Positions 27,310 to 41,400 of a stretch of 64,000 nucleotides of DNA are shown piece by piece (positions within the stretch are counted from its first letter, which is position 1; each line of letters begins with the position of its first letter). A program made the position numbers and the translations under genes. The DNA lies in contig JAAOMT010000219.1 of assembly GCA_016748015.1 (NCBI GenBank), positions 176,436 through 240,435 of the forward strand, in the 5' to 3' direction. A model generated the notes under the pieces. It made no database searches and was not told the DNA's origin. It saw only the letters and a list, made by a program, of their open reading frames with translations. The DNA is from Geosiphon pyriformis uo1. Lineage: Eukaryota; Fungi; Glomeromycota.

Positions 27310-28677
27310 TAAGAAATTGTGAAATTTTATTTAAGCTACCAAAACTTTTGCAATTAGAAAATTAATTATTGTTAAAAAATCAAAAATATAATTATTTTTA
27401 AAATGTTTTATTTAATATTATTATGCAATAAATCAAAAAAAGCTTATGAAACATATTTTTAATTCAAAATGTTATTTTTTTTATCATTAAATGTGAAAAT
27501 AATTTTTTATTATCAATGAAATGTTAGTATTTTTATCGAAATAAAAATACGTATATTAATTTAAATATAAAAATACGTAAATAATTGTAAATTTTATATT
27601 ATTTATTGATTAAGTATAAAACATAGTTTCTATTTGTTTTACTTTTTTAAAAAAATTTATTTAATTCTTTCCTTTTATTAATTTTTTAAAAATAAAATTT
27701 TATATATATTAATTAAATTATTTATAATCAGATTTAGATATTTATTTGTAAAATAAATTTCATTAATAAATAAAATTGTTTTGGTTTTAAATTTTAATTT
27801 TAAAAAAATTGAAAATATTAAATTATTTTTATTTTATTATTGTTTTTTAATTGAGCTTTATTTTTTATTTAATATGCTTTAATTATGTATAATTTAACCA
27901 GAAATTCATTTAAATACAAAACAAAATTATATTATGAGAATAAATTATGTGTTTTTTATACATAATTACTTATTTAAATTTATGTTAAAACTACTTTAAT
28001 ATAAGCTTCTATTTATTTTTAATTTTTTAATAAAATTACTCAAGTTTTTTTTATTTTTAATATACTTATTAAATCAAGTTTTAACAGTTTTTTTGCAAGT
28101 TTTACAAGATTAATATATAATTTATTTATTTTACTATTAAATTTTTTACTTAAATTAATATTATTTATATATATTTTACAAAATCTTGTTATTATATTAA
28201 TATATTATATTACAATAACAATTAAGTTAATTATAATTAAAACCAAATTTTTATTTAAACTTATTAATAAATACTGATAATTTAACAATAAAATTATATT
28301 TTAAATATGTTTTTAAAAAAATTTGATTTTTATATTAAACTTAATTGCAATTTAACAATTTAAAAATAAAATTGATAAACTAATTTATAACAACTTTATT
28401 ACATTTAAAAATTTTAATAAAATTTTATTTAAATTAAAAAAATCAATTTTATAAATTAAAACCAAATAATTTAATATTTACAATACTGTTTAATATTAAA
28501 AGTTTTTTATTAAATATACACTTTTTTAATTTTAAAATTTTTTAAAATGTAAAAATAATACTTTTGTATTTTTAACAACAATTAAATTCAAATAATTAAA
28601 AAATAAAACATATTAATTATAAATTTGCCTAATTATATTACTAGTTTTTTACTAGATATCTTAATTAAAAAAAAAAA
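27310..28677. other. Extremely AT-rich spacer (similar tracts at 1-1230, 30960-31285 and 54985-55795)
   Basis: Almost devoid of G/C by eye, with no ORFs in the track. Confidence 0.8.
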
Positions 28678-30958
28678 CTCTTTGTCTCCTTAATTTTATG
28701 ATCACAACCAGAGCAAAGAGTAAAAAGGCTGCACCTGATATTTGTCCTAAGATATCTAATAAAATTTCAACCAGAGGAGCTCTTTCTGTTGTAAAAGCAA
28801 CTAGGCAAAACGTTTTAGAAGTCTTCCCCTTATCCAGTAATCGTAAAAAGCTGCCTTTGGTAGCCACTGAATCAACTTCCTCATCTTTGACTGGTTTTTT
28901 ACCAGTCAAAGTTCCTTTAAAGAGACACACTTGGGTTAGTCCCAGTGTTGCCTCCACCCTGACTAAGAGCCCAAAAGTTTTTAATAATAGACCAGTAAAT
29001 AAGCTGGTTTTTCCCTCTATAGACTCAACATCTGGTGCTTCTGGCACCACCTCTTCAAAAAAAATGGTCAAAAAGACCAAAAGTTCAGAAAAGTGGGTGC
29101 AGTCACTTGCCTCTGCTATTGTTACATCGAACCCCTTTGTGGTTCTCAATGAGATCTTAGATGAGATCTTAATAGCATCATCTGGCATGTCATCCAAGAT
29201 GGGCCAAGATCAACCACTGGCTGTATTGCCAAATATGGTGTTTTTCGGCAGATCATTGCCAGTTTTAGAAGCAAAACAATCTTCTCCTGTTGGGTCACCT
29301 GTTCATGGGAACTGGGCTAATCAAATAGAAACTGATTTATCTTCTCCTCTAGTTTCTGGTGCTACTTCTGGTGGTGCTTGGAAAACTATTATTAGTCATC
29401 AAAGGTTTGCTGGGTGGGTGGCCTCCACTCTGGTGCCTGGTGCTACTTTTAAGATCAAATTGGCTCATGTTAAGACTGTTTTTCAGTCTGTGCATGGTTT
29501 CTTGGGTGCTAAATCTGTTTCAAAAGACAATGTGAAGCTTTTCTGTATGGAGTTTGTTTCTCAACAGTCTTTGGAAGCTGTGTTTCTGGTTGAGCTTACA
29601 AGCTCTGTTCATTTGACCACTCTCAAAATTGCCAAGTCTTTGGTGGTTTCTGAATTTGGTTCCTTTTCTGCTGCTGTTATACTACATGATGTACCTTTGA
29701 GTGTGTCTGCTGCTAACATTAAGTTGGCTCTCAGTGTGTTTGATAGTGTCACTCATGTTGTGCTGAAGCCTGCTGGTATTTGGCAGTATGTGGTGGTTTA
29801 TTTTAAAAAGTTGAACTCTGCTGTGTCTGCCTTGAAGCATTGGTCAGTCTTAGTGGACAAGAATAGTATTAGAATCCTCCCTTTGGTGAATTAAAATGAG
29901 ACTATTTTGTCTCGTGATAAGTTTAAAGCCAAATTGGTCAACCTTCCCCCTGGCTGTACTGCCTTTGAAATCAGTGATATGATTTCTCAGATTGGTGGTC
30001 AAACATGTTTCATCTCTCGTTTTTCTGATTCTGGTCATTGTTCCTGGTTTGCTTTGGTTATATTTGACTCTCAAGATGATTTGGATTCTGCTGCAGTCAA
30101 GACTGGTACTCTAAGGAAATGCCATATCTGGTGGGAAACTCCTGGCTGCCGGCGCTGCTTTAGGTGTCAAGAAATAGACCATTTGGCTGTGGATTGCAAG
30201 ATTTCCCCACCTTCCACTCTCAAAGTTTCCAAGGTTTTCAAGTCTCATTTTGTGGGTTCTGCTTCATATGTCAAGACTGTTGCTCCTTCTGGTCTTTCTG
30301 AGTTTCCTTCTTTAGTGGCTTTTTCAGCTGCTTCTGCTGCTGATCCTGCTGTTAGTTCCAGGTTGAACTCTTTGGAAAAGCAGATTTCGGATTTGGCTGC
30401 TCTGGTTAAGTCTATTGTTGAGTCTATTGGTTCTTTGGTTGCTTTAGTGTCTCATCTTCTTGATAATAATGCCATTAAGGCTGTTCAGATTGAGAAAAAT
30501 ATTGTTTCCATGAAGAGTGCTGCTAACAATTTTTCTAACCTCATGGTTGGAGTTTCCAAGAACATTGCTTGTTTTAGATCTGAGATTGACTTTGGTGATA
30601 TGAATTATGATAGTGTTCTGGCTGCTAAGCCTTCTTTTTTGAGTGAAGACACTATTGAGCATGTCATTGCTTTGTGGCGAATGTCTGGTGCTGAAATCAG
30701 AGGCAATATTAAGTCTATTAGATTGTTTCTTAGTGAGTTTATTTTTGACTCTAGGAATCTAAATAGTATTATTGAGAGAATTTGTGAGTTGGAGTTATTC
30801 TCACCTACTTTTGATTCAGCGTAGTGAGTCCTTGATTGGGCCGAGTGTCTGATCACATGTAGAAAACACATGATTTATGCCTATAATGTAATCCCTTCTA
30901 TGGTATTATAGTTTAGGTAGTATTTGGGTCTTGTTTGTTAAAATATAATAAAAAAAAA
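28678..30958 (+). mobile_element. ORF1-only non-autonomous LINE derivative (HAL1-like 'half-LINE')
   Basis: ORF1 spans 28698-30824 with a single internal TAA (29892-29894), RRM-like segments, a CCHC knuckle CFRCQEIDHLAVDC and a coiled coil. There is no ORF2; a LINE-type 3' tail and A-rich end follow the stop directly. The 5' end resembles that of the LINE at 55796. Confidence 0.75.
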
Positions 30959-31284
30959 TATTACTAATTATATTTAATTGGTTTTAAAAGTATTTTTTAA
31001 AATCATACTTTTTTTTAACTTAAAAATTCTAATATTATTTATTTTATAGTTTGCTAAAATAGCATATAAAAAATTAACAAAAAAAAAGTGTTAAAATTTA
31101 GAATAATATTATAACAAATTATATATAAAAAAATGTTTTATTTATATAATAATTAATTACAAATTAACAAAATAAAATTTTGTTTTCTTATTTATTTTAT
31201 TTTATTATTAAGTAATTTACAGTTAAAATTTTTTATAAAAAAGTTGATTTTTACAACAAAATAATTACATATTTATTATTAATA

Positions 31285-34200
31285 TTATTATTAAGTGCAG
31301 CTTAATTATTATCTAGTATACAGAGACAAAACAAAATAAATTAAACTAAATATAGCTTATGTACTTTCTACACATGACCAGTCACTTGGACCTATCAAAA
31401 CAGTACTACACACTTACAAGAACCTTACTATTATTGTTCAAGCTGGAAAAAAACAAACAATGCTTCTACAAACCAAAGTTAACTGCAAAAAATTCAATAA
31501 TACTAAGCAAGCAAACAACATCTTCACATAACTGTCTGAGCAAACCATGTACTGAAGCAAAAACCCCACTTGTATCATAAACCAAATCACTTTTTTCCAT
31601 ATCAGCTTTAAATTTGAAGCTTAGTAATTACAACCTACTATGATAATTATCAGTTAAACAGCAAACAAAATTGACCACAATTATTACAGCTCTCTTCCTG
31701 TTATTAAAAACAGAAACGACCTCCCTAATCCAATTCTTAAAAACAAAGCCTTTACATAATACAGTATACATATTAATATTTAAGGTCTGTAAAAGAGTAC
31801 ATAATACCAAAGATGAAGCAAAAAGATGATCATCTGCCAAAGATTTCCACAAATTGGTACAATCAAAAACAATCTCAGAATACACCAAGACATCTGCAAA
31901 GCAAATAAAAACATGATCAGAAAATTCAACATTACTGCACATCAAACATAAAATATTTGGATAATTCTTGTTATATATTTTTTTGCAAACAGCTACTGGT
32001 AATCTCCTGTGTACAGCTTTCATTAGATATGTGTGAAGAGTGGCCAATTTCTTGCTAGTAAATTCTGTCAACATGTAAGAATTTGAGTGCCAAATGGAGG
32101 CAGTACACTCCTAATCTATAAACCTAATGATTAAGTTGTCTAAAACATTTACACCAAAGCCAGTTTTCTATAAAGTCTGGTTTATAGTTTGATAAATGTT
32201 GTGAACAAAATGATAAGTATTACCTGAGACAATAAGACCATTAGCTATAAGAAACCTTTTACTTATTTCAACTGAAAAAACAATATCTGAATGTGATGCA
32301 GTACAAGCTAAAGTGTCTGCATAATTATTGCCAAAAATGCTTGAGTGTTCTTTCACCTTTACTCAGCTTACAGAAATGTCTTTTGACCTAATCAAATTAA
32401 CAATGTAATGCTGTTCTATCCAGTACTAATTCCAAAAATCAGGCTGATTCAGCTCACATTCTGACAAACATGTGACCAAAGCTGTTTGGCTATCTGTGTG
32501 TAAAACAACTAAACAAGATAAAGAAATACACTTCAAAGCCAAGACTATTATCTGTAATTCCACTAGTGTAAAAGACAACAAATCCTGTATCTTAACACTC
32601 ATATTCATATCAATCTCAAAAAAATAAGCTGCTGCTTTACAAACTACATCTTTTATATCTAGTTTACTTAATGAACTATCAGTGTAAACATTTATTTCTC
32701 CAGCCCAAATTTTATGTAAGCTTTCATGTACATTTATAAAATCACTTGAGCAAAAAAAACCAGAACTGGTTGCAATGGCAGTATAACTACCAGATTCTAC
32801 TAGACAATTGTTCATATATACCAAGATCTTATTGAACCAAGCTGACATCAGATCTTTAAGACTCAATTTTTTCTAATTCCAGAAAGTCTTCTACTCCATA
32901 ATACTATTATGCTTTGTTATTAGACAATTCCCAAAAGTGACACCAAAATACTTCAAAAAATACATCACATTAAAATAGTAAGTGGCTTCCAAGATCTCAA
33001 ACATTGAAAAACAATTAAGATTATGAAATACACTAGATATGTCATTAGCCAGAGAAATATTTACATCTAAAAAAACCCTCACAATTTCAGCCAGAAAATT
33101 ATTCAATGAATTGACTTTTAATTTGACTGGACAATGCAAAAGATTCAGAGGTGTCTATCCTAAAATTTGCAAGTACAAAACATAATATTCAAACAGACAG
33201 CCAAGAATTCCAGGAGCATTAGAGAAACTAATTACTGAAGCAATCTTTGCTTCAGCCTGTACCTGTTCAAAAGACTTTAAATTGTACAAAAAAAAATGAT
33301 GCAAGACTTTATTGGAAAAATTTCTTGGCAAAAAGGCTTTAGACCTATGTTTTTTTCTAATCAAAACATCCCACTTTTGGCATACACTTTTAGCAATAAA
33401 GCTGAACTGTGTATAATAACTGATGATAAACTAAAGAACTACTGAAACCAAATAAGAAAATTGCTTGTTTGACATTGTCTTCTTGAAAACCATATTTAAA
33501 AAAAATCTAATATCTACATAAGTCTTAACAAGACTTGGTTTGGATAAAGTCTCCATGAACAAAAAAATACTCAGATATCTATAAGCTTCACTCCTTTTTG
33601 CAATGGAAATGGGTCAGCCACTAATGTACAAAGAAGCATTTGACACTCTCTAATTAATGGAAATTGTCACAGTCTTGTCATTGTTAATAAAAATGTCATT
33701 AATCTTAAAAAACTCACTAGCAATATCCAAAATGTATTGTGTTGATGTTTGGTTATTACCTGCCCATATTGTATCATCAATAAAAGCACTAACAGCAAAG
33801 AAAGAAAATCTACTGCCACAGATTTTAATCCTACCAATTCTTGCCACAAAATTTGATCCTATAACTACACAGTTATTCCTGTCTTTTAACTTCACACAAC
33901 AAAGGATCATAAAAAATCCTCCAAAGAAGTGGTAAAAATACCTCACTCTAATTCAACCCATTATGAACTATATAGCTGTTAAAAAAACCAAAGTCAGTTA
34001 TAATTTTATTTATTCTGTTCTTATAAATATTTCCAAAAAATTTAATGAATCTAATACATATTTTGATGTATTTCAGACTGGACTTTGAATAATGCCACCT
34101 AACTGAATCATATGCTTTGTACATGTTTTGCAAAACCAACCAAATTTTCCAACTCTTTTCCAAGGCATCTTTTATCACTGAGCTTACAACAAATACAGGA

Positions 34201-37200
34201 GATTAAGTCAAAGTGCTCATCAAGACCAAGAAATTATTATCACAGAGAACATTGAACTTGCTATAAACAGATAAAATTCAATTAAACAGAATCTTGAACA
34301 GAATTTTTCTTATTGTTTCCAACAGTGCTATTGACTTGGTGTTAGTCAAAATACTATCCTAATTATAAGGCTTGAAAATTATAAATACCTAGAATCTCTT
34401 TCAAGAAACAGAAATATCACTATTTGTTAAATAAAAATTCAACAAATTCAAGAAACAAACTATTATATCATTATCACAATGCTTTTACAACTCATTAATT
34501 ATGCCAGAAAGACCAGCTGCCTTGTTATCAGACAACTCACTGACCACCAATGACAACTCACCCAAACTAATTTCACTTATCACATTCGAAAAAACATTAT
34601 TATTTACATAAGCCAAGAGGATATATTGTCAAGCCCACAAATCTGGCACAAACAAAGAAACTTTCTACTTATGAGTTCATTCCACCATAATTTCATTCAC
34701 CTTAGACTTAACTATCTCAGACTTCAGAATCAGCTTATCTTCAACTACCAAATAGTTTAGAACAACTTTGTGAAATAAATGTTTTAAGATGCTTCTAATT
34801 ATACCATTTTTATTCAAATTAAAGCTCTTTATTTACTTATCAATCATATTCTTGATAGATCTACTCTTGACAAGCTCTGTTTTATAATACTTGGACTTCT
34901 AATAATTTTTCTTGACTTTTAATAAATGTTCACATAAATCAGCCAACTTTATACTATTCTAAAACAAAACAATAAACCTAAAAGCTTCAACATTATTAAA
35001 GTTTATTCAAATTTAAACAAGACAATTCAGCACAGCTATTTTATTCAAACTCACACATTTTGTCAACTTAGCAACCAAAAATTCCAACTTGAAAAATTTC
35101 AAAGACTGCTTATTTCTCAAGCAATCTAATTCACAAAACCAGTGTTTAGAAAATATCTCATTAGTTGAATCACATATGACATCTCTTAACACCTTCTACA
35201 TTTTGTCTAAATCCCTATTTTCTTTTGCAACTATAAAAAAATCCAAAGAGACAGATAACATAGCCAAAAAACACTTCTTAAATTGTACTCACTTGGCTTT
35301 ATCTACACATTTTAATTTAAATTTTCAACAGTCCTTATTAATCTGTTTGTGAATACTGTTCAGACAAGTGTTTACCAAACCCCCCAACCCAACTGAGACC
35401 CCAACTATATTATAATTGGTGTTAAAAAACTCAAACACTAAGGTAACCTCATGTTTAACAATAGCCAAAAAAAAATTCTTACTCACAAAAATGTAATCAA
35501 TGACCTTTTCCATCTTTCTTAAATTGCTTTAAGTGAATAATTTGCTCAAAAGATGGCCATCTAATAAGTTGACCAACCCCAAATTTGAATATTTTTTAAA
35601 ACTTGCACTTTTTCTAATCTCATCTTTATTAAAGTTGTTACCAAGAACCATAAATAAACTTGTATTGACAGCTTTGGCAATCAGTGAATTAACACTTAAA
35701 GCTTGAGCAAAACATGCTTTGGCTGAAGTCCCAGCATACAAATCCAAAAACATAACTAAAAGCTTATTCTTAAACAATAAGTAAACAGAAATAACATGAC
35801 CAGAAATCTCTTTAATTTTTGAAACATGTTAAGCTAAAGAACAGTTCATTACAATAGCCACACCTGCACCAAAAAAACTTTTTTCCATACCAGAAATAAA
35901 TATCCAAACTCTCTTAAACTTGTTTTTAATCCAAGGCCCAGCATTTGGTTTTAACTTGGTCTCAGTAAAAATAGAAACTATATTACCAGATTCCAAATGC
36001 CAATAAATAATGTTCTCTTACTTAGCCAAATTTGTTATATTTCTAATATTACATGTGACAATTTTCCAAATTAGACTGATCATTGAGGAAGAGATTTGGA
36101 AAACATACTACCAGCCAAGATTAAATTATCTAATCATACTAAAAGACTCAGTACTAAAGCAGAAAGTCCACTCAGCATGTCTTTTAGTTTTTTTATCTCA
36201 GAAGAGACAGAAGAGTTTGAAATTATAGCAATTTTACTACCAATGACTTCATCTGAGCCCTTTCTTATTACTACATTACCTATTTGATCCTGTAATGAAG
36301 GGGTCATTAACAGCTAACATCCAGGGCTAGACTGAGAAACTGCCAACATAAGTGACTCCAACCTCTTAGCCAACTTACCAATTTGTTTCACAAGACTGGT
36401 AAGGCTGCTTTTAATGTTCACTAAATGTAATTCCAAATTAATAACAACAGGCAAAAGGGTTTTATCTCCAAAAAGAAACCAGAGTAAGCCAAACCATTGT
36501 GTGCAGAAAGAAGAAGAAAAAAAGACTCACCAATTATCTTTGTTTAAGAAGCATCACCAAAAGAGACAGAATAAGCAATAAGAGCTGAACACTTGACATA
36601 GATAAAAGCCAGTCTGTTTTTATCCTCTTTAGACAGTATTTTACAAGAAGAAGCACCAAAAAAATTTTTTTTCTTATCAGAAACACAGTCCAATAATGTA
36701 TAACCCAATTTCTTATACTTAGCACATTTGGCAAAGCCCAATTAAGATCAACATAGATTGGTATTCCTTAACACTAAAGTGGTCCTTATAACAGCATGTA
36801 GAAAAGCTATAGAGTCAAAACAAACAATCATACATCTGGCTTAAGCATAAGTAACTTGATAACAATTGATAACACAAATTTTTCCACCCACTAAGTTAAT
36901 GTAATCCCAAATATCATGTGCATTGGTCTCCAAAGACAAAATGTAAAGCAACATCTTATGATTATCTCTTTTATCTCAAGATTCCTTGTCTTTATCTAAT
37001 CTAGCAACACACACAGCATTTTTCTCAATTAAAATGAACTATTTTGTCATGACCAAATTAGTATAATCTGACTGCTTAAACTCAACCACAGCCTTTTGCC
37101 AAAGTCCTACCAACTGTATCTTGATCAACTTAATTATTCCAAACTTAGATAGCACAGTATGTACAGCCTTAGCTAATGTTCTAACAAGAATTTTTTTCAC

Positions 37201-37637
37201 CACTACAGCCTAATCTGAATAACTAGTAGATATCTTGAGATTGGTATTTACCAAGATCTTTGCCATTTTTGCCATTTTAGAAGCTTGTGCTAAGCTTAAT
37301 TTGGAAGTAAATATTGCTTTGATGATTCCAAAAAATTTTAAAGGAATAGAGGCCACTCCAAAACCATTGATTTTTGAAAACAATTTTCTAATTGCTACTA
37401 GTTTCTCCTAAGAGAATTTTTCAACTACTTTATCTAAACCAATATCTAAAACAAATGATTTCCTAACTGAAACATTAACCAAAGTCTTTAAAAAAGAAAG
37501 AAGAATCAAGAAAGCATCTAATAAAACATTATTATTATTACTATTACTCAAAAAGTTGATTTTTTTCAGTGGCTTTCTCAGTGCTTTTTTGGTCTTAGCA
37601 CTTGGACTCTTTGGCATTTAATCAGCATCCTTGTCAT
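31285..37637 (-). mobile_element. Degenerate LINE (ORF1; ORF2 with APE endonuclease, RT, RNase H, Zn finger), 5' end cut by an LTR junction
   Basis: ORF1 knuckle CAKYKKLGYTLLDC; APE WKIVTCNIR..ETKLK..VIDYIFVS; RT MYKAYDSV..AFIDDTIW; RNase H VYTDSS..ELQIIVLAL..LHTDSQ..HSSIFGNNYAD; CLMCSNVEFSDHVFIC. Many premature stops. Confidence 0.9.
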
Positions 37638-38438
37638 TGTTACTCATAGAAATATAGGGAATATATATTAGCATAGTTATTAGCCAATCAGAAGTAGACG
37701 TAGTAAAATATGGAATTCCAGGATTCCTCTCAAAGAAATTGCAAAATTTCAGGAATTCCAGAATTCCTGTTGTAAAGAATTGAGGAATTGAGAAATCTCA
37801 ATTATGTATATATAGCAGTAGAATTAGAAGCTGAAAAGACAGACCTCTCAGTTTAGATTTAATCTAAATAACTCTCTAAATTACAATCATCTAATAAATA
37901 ACTATTTGTTATCTCAAATCCATTTCCACTATCAATACTTCATGTTGATAGTAATTGGCACTTAACCACACTGGAACAATAGCTTTTGATCATGACTATT
38001 AATGGAATACTAACTTGCAAATTGCCTTGGCTTATTTTTTTTTTTTTTTATTTTTTTTTTTTTATTTATTTTCTGCTTTGATTTTATTGTTGTTTATTAA
38101 CTCTATTGAGGATTAACGTGCAGGGCATTGACATCAGGATAAACGTGACTGGTAAAAGACCCAGAAATAAGGGTAGAACACTCGATTGAGAATAGCTTAC
38201 CAGGAGGAATACCAGCCATCAAGCTGAGAAAAAAATTGATGAAACTGTGGTTTTGGGAAGCTATGAATAAAACTATTACCATTGAATCTCTGTCTATTAT
38301 ACAAAGAACTTAACCAAACTCTTTGGATACAAAACTTTCAGATACCAAACCTTCAGATCATTGACAATGAAAATAGCTTTGAGCACCAAGTTATGAGTTT
38401 GTTATTTAATCCAACACTAGAAATTGCCACCTGTAACA
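37638..38438 (+). repeat. LTR (family 1), 5' LTR of element A
   Basis: TGTTAC...TGTAACA termini; homologous to 46783-47645 and 52118-52919; GGAATTCCAGGATTCC-type repeats and a TATATATA box. Confidence 0.92.
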
Positions 38439-38440
38439 TT

Positions 38441-38458
38441 TGGTGCTCCCTGTGAGAT
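38441..38458 (+). promoter_or_regulatory. Primer-binding site
   Basis: TGGTGCTCCCTGTGAGAT starts 2 nt after the LTR and is complementary to a tRNA 3' end ..CUCACAGGGAGCACCA (elongator Met or Ile-UAU type; identity inferred). Confidence 0.8.
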
Positions 38459-41400
38459 ATAATTCTACAGAGAATCAGCACCAACAACCCTATCCAAAAG
38501 TGGCAGAATCAGAAAACATAGGAGCAAACTATTTAGAATTTGTGAAATCCTTATTTCAACATTACTGTTAACACCTGGGATTAAACTATAATCACATATC
38601 CGCAGAATCAGCCTTTAATTTCTATGTCAACGAGAAAATTGCCTACTTATTGAGAACACCAGTAAACACTAAATCAGCAAAAAAAATCTTCTACAGCAAA
38701 TTAATCCAAAATACCAGCTTACCAACAAATCATAATTTTGCATTCATCATCACTAAAATCAACAAAGAAATTGAACATCACACCCAACAAAGATATCCAA
38801 TTATTTACACCAGTAAAAGCAAAAGAAAACTACAAACACCAGCAGTAATACCCAAAAGAATACAACCACTCATTTAGAAGAAAACAAGAATTGAATTACC
38901 AACTGCTCTATCTTATTACTACATACTGGAAAGTACCATCAATATAACATCAATAAATGCATCCACATTAAACGCAATATCAACATTCGGACAATTCCCA
39001 TTTCAAAGTAAACAAAAGAAAACAGATCTACTAGGACCATACAGCGAATATTTTGAAGGATTTAAATCACAATTACCAACACCATCAGAAATTTGATCAC
39101 CGCCACCTCAACTGGACTTTGGAACCACTACCTCATGGGAACTATCTGAAGAAGAAGAGGAAGAAGAATCAGAAAATCAAGAATTTACTTATCAAAACCC
39201 AATCCTTGAAAATCTGGAAATTAAAACTCTAAATATTTAAGCACCACAAAATCAAAACCCTGAAGTAATTAATCAGCACTTACCTCCAGTTATCATCATC
39301 GATCAACCACCAGTGGAATCAATTGGCCAGCCCATTCAAACACCGAACCAACAAAATCAACAACTACTCCCAGTATTGTCTTAATAACAACAACAACTTC
39401 TACCACAGCAACAACAACAAATGGCATATGCACCAATTGCAAAGCTTGACAAATTCACCAGCAAAGAGGACAATGCACAAGGTTGGCTAAATAATGTAGA
39501 AAAAGCCATTGCAGCCAATGGATGGAATGATGCCAGAGCTATGCAAGCCATACCCTATTTTCTCAAGAATACAGTGGATTTATGGTATCAAAGCCTGGTT
39601 GACAAACCCAAAGATTTCAACACCTTCAAACTAGAATTTTTGAAATACTTTAGCAATAACAACAGCATCAACAGATTAGCCAACACTTTCACTACAATTA
39701 AACAAGAAGAAACTGAAGTAGTTATCACATATCTGGGATGCTTCCATAGAAATCTGCGACAAATCCAAGCAATTGATGCTAATTATTTCACAGCACCACA
39801 GATTCTCAATCAATTCATCCATGGCCTGTGCAGTAGCATCCTGCAACACATATGCCCATTGCATCCAGCTACTCTCCAGGACACAATCACACATGCCAGA
39901 GATTTTGAATCTGCCGAATTAGAAGCCAATCACGCCCATGCTGTGAACCTAGTGATAAATGGATCATCTGAATTGGATTCCAAATTGAAACAATTCAGTA
40001 ATTCAATTAATCAGAAATTAGAGGGATACTTAGCTGACAATCGCACAATTTATCAACCACCACAATGATGCAATAATCTAAAAAATGCAAATTATTTCCA
40101 AAATCAGTTGTGTCCATCATTATTATCAACAGCATCTAATCAGCCATGGCAGCCAGAAATACGTGTTTGCCACAACTGTAGTAAACAAGGACACATAAGA
40201 GCAGACTGCAGATTTTATAGCAACAATCCATGATCAGAAAATTAATATCAAAACCCCGATTGCAGATTTCAGACTCAGAATTGCTACCCAAATCAAGACC
40301 AATATCAAACCACTTACCTGCCAATAACGCAGCAACCAATCTATCAACTGCCAGTATATTAACCTCAAATTTATCAACCACAACCACCAGTAATCTATTA
40401 GCTGCAACCCCAAATAATTTATCAGCCTCAACAACCAATTCAAACACCACCCCAAAACCCCACTCAAATGACATCAGGAAGCCCAAGACCTAGAATCACT
40501 CAAAACTGGAGATTGGCAATAGTTGTTCATCAACTAATTTCCAGCTCCTCTCACCAACCATCAGGCTCTTGACAGTGGAATACGAATACTGGTTTCATTC
40601 AAAACCCGAATTCCCAGAACTACTTAAGTCTCCTAGTTACTTCAGAAGACGCCCAAACCAACAAACCAGAACTTAACCAACAGCAACCACTTACCAGCAA
40701 CATACCTCCAGCAACCATCACAAATGACAAATTGTTAGCAGTGATTTTTCCATTTGAACTCAAAGAATCATTCAGCACACCATTATTTAGTGGTGCCATC
40801 CTTAAAGAAAAACCAATTACCACTATGTACACTGATGCAAAAGTCGATAAACATGTCATTAAACTCATTCTTAACAGTGGTTCAGCAGGCAGTATTATCA
40901 CAAGACAACTTATGGACCAATTAGGTTGCCGATCATGCTGCTAGTGCATGTATATTCACAGCTGATGGAGTAATCAAAACTCCAATAGGTGAAATAAACA
41001 ACCTACTTATCGAAATTAATGGCATCATGATACCCATCAAAGTCCTTGTGATAGAAGCCACTTAATACCAAGCTCTTGTTAGAAATGATTGGCTATCCAA
41101 AACAAATGCCATACTCGATTGGATGACGCAAAAGCTCCAACTGAGCCAAAACAGTCAACATACTTGGGCAACCAACCAACTCACAGCCACTGATCAAACT
41201 TGAGGAGGAAACAAAAAAACCAATATGGGAAGCATATCAGGTTTTGTGGGCCAACATCGACCACAATGAATTGCTGCTCATACTCTCATGGGACGACAAA
41301 GGGAAAAAGAAAGAGAAAGAAGAACTTACCTGGGGAACAAATCAGGGATCTTGGAGTGATCACAGCCAAAGCAAAACAACCACAGAATAGACTTGGGAAG

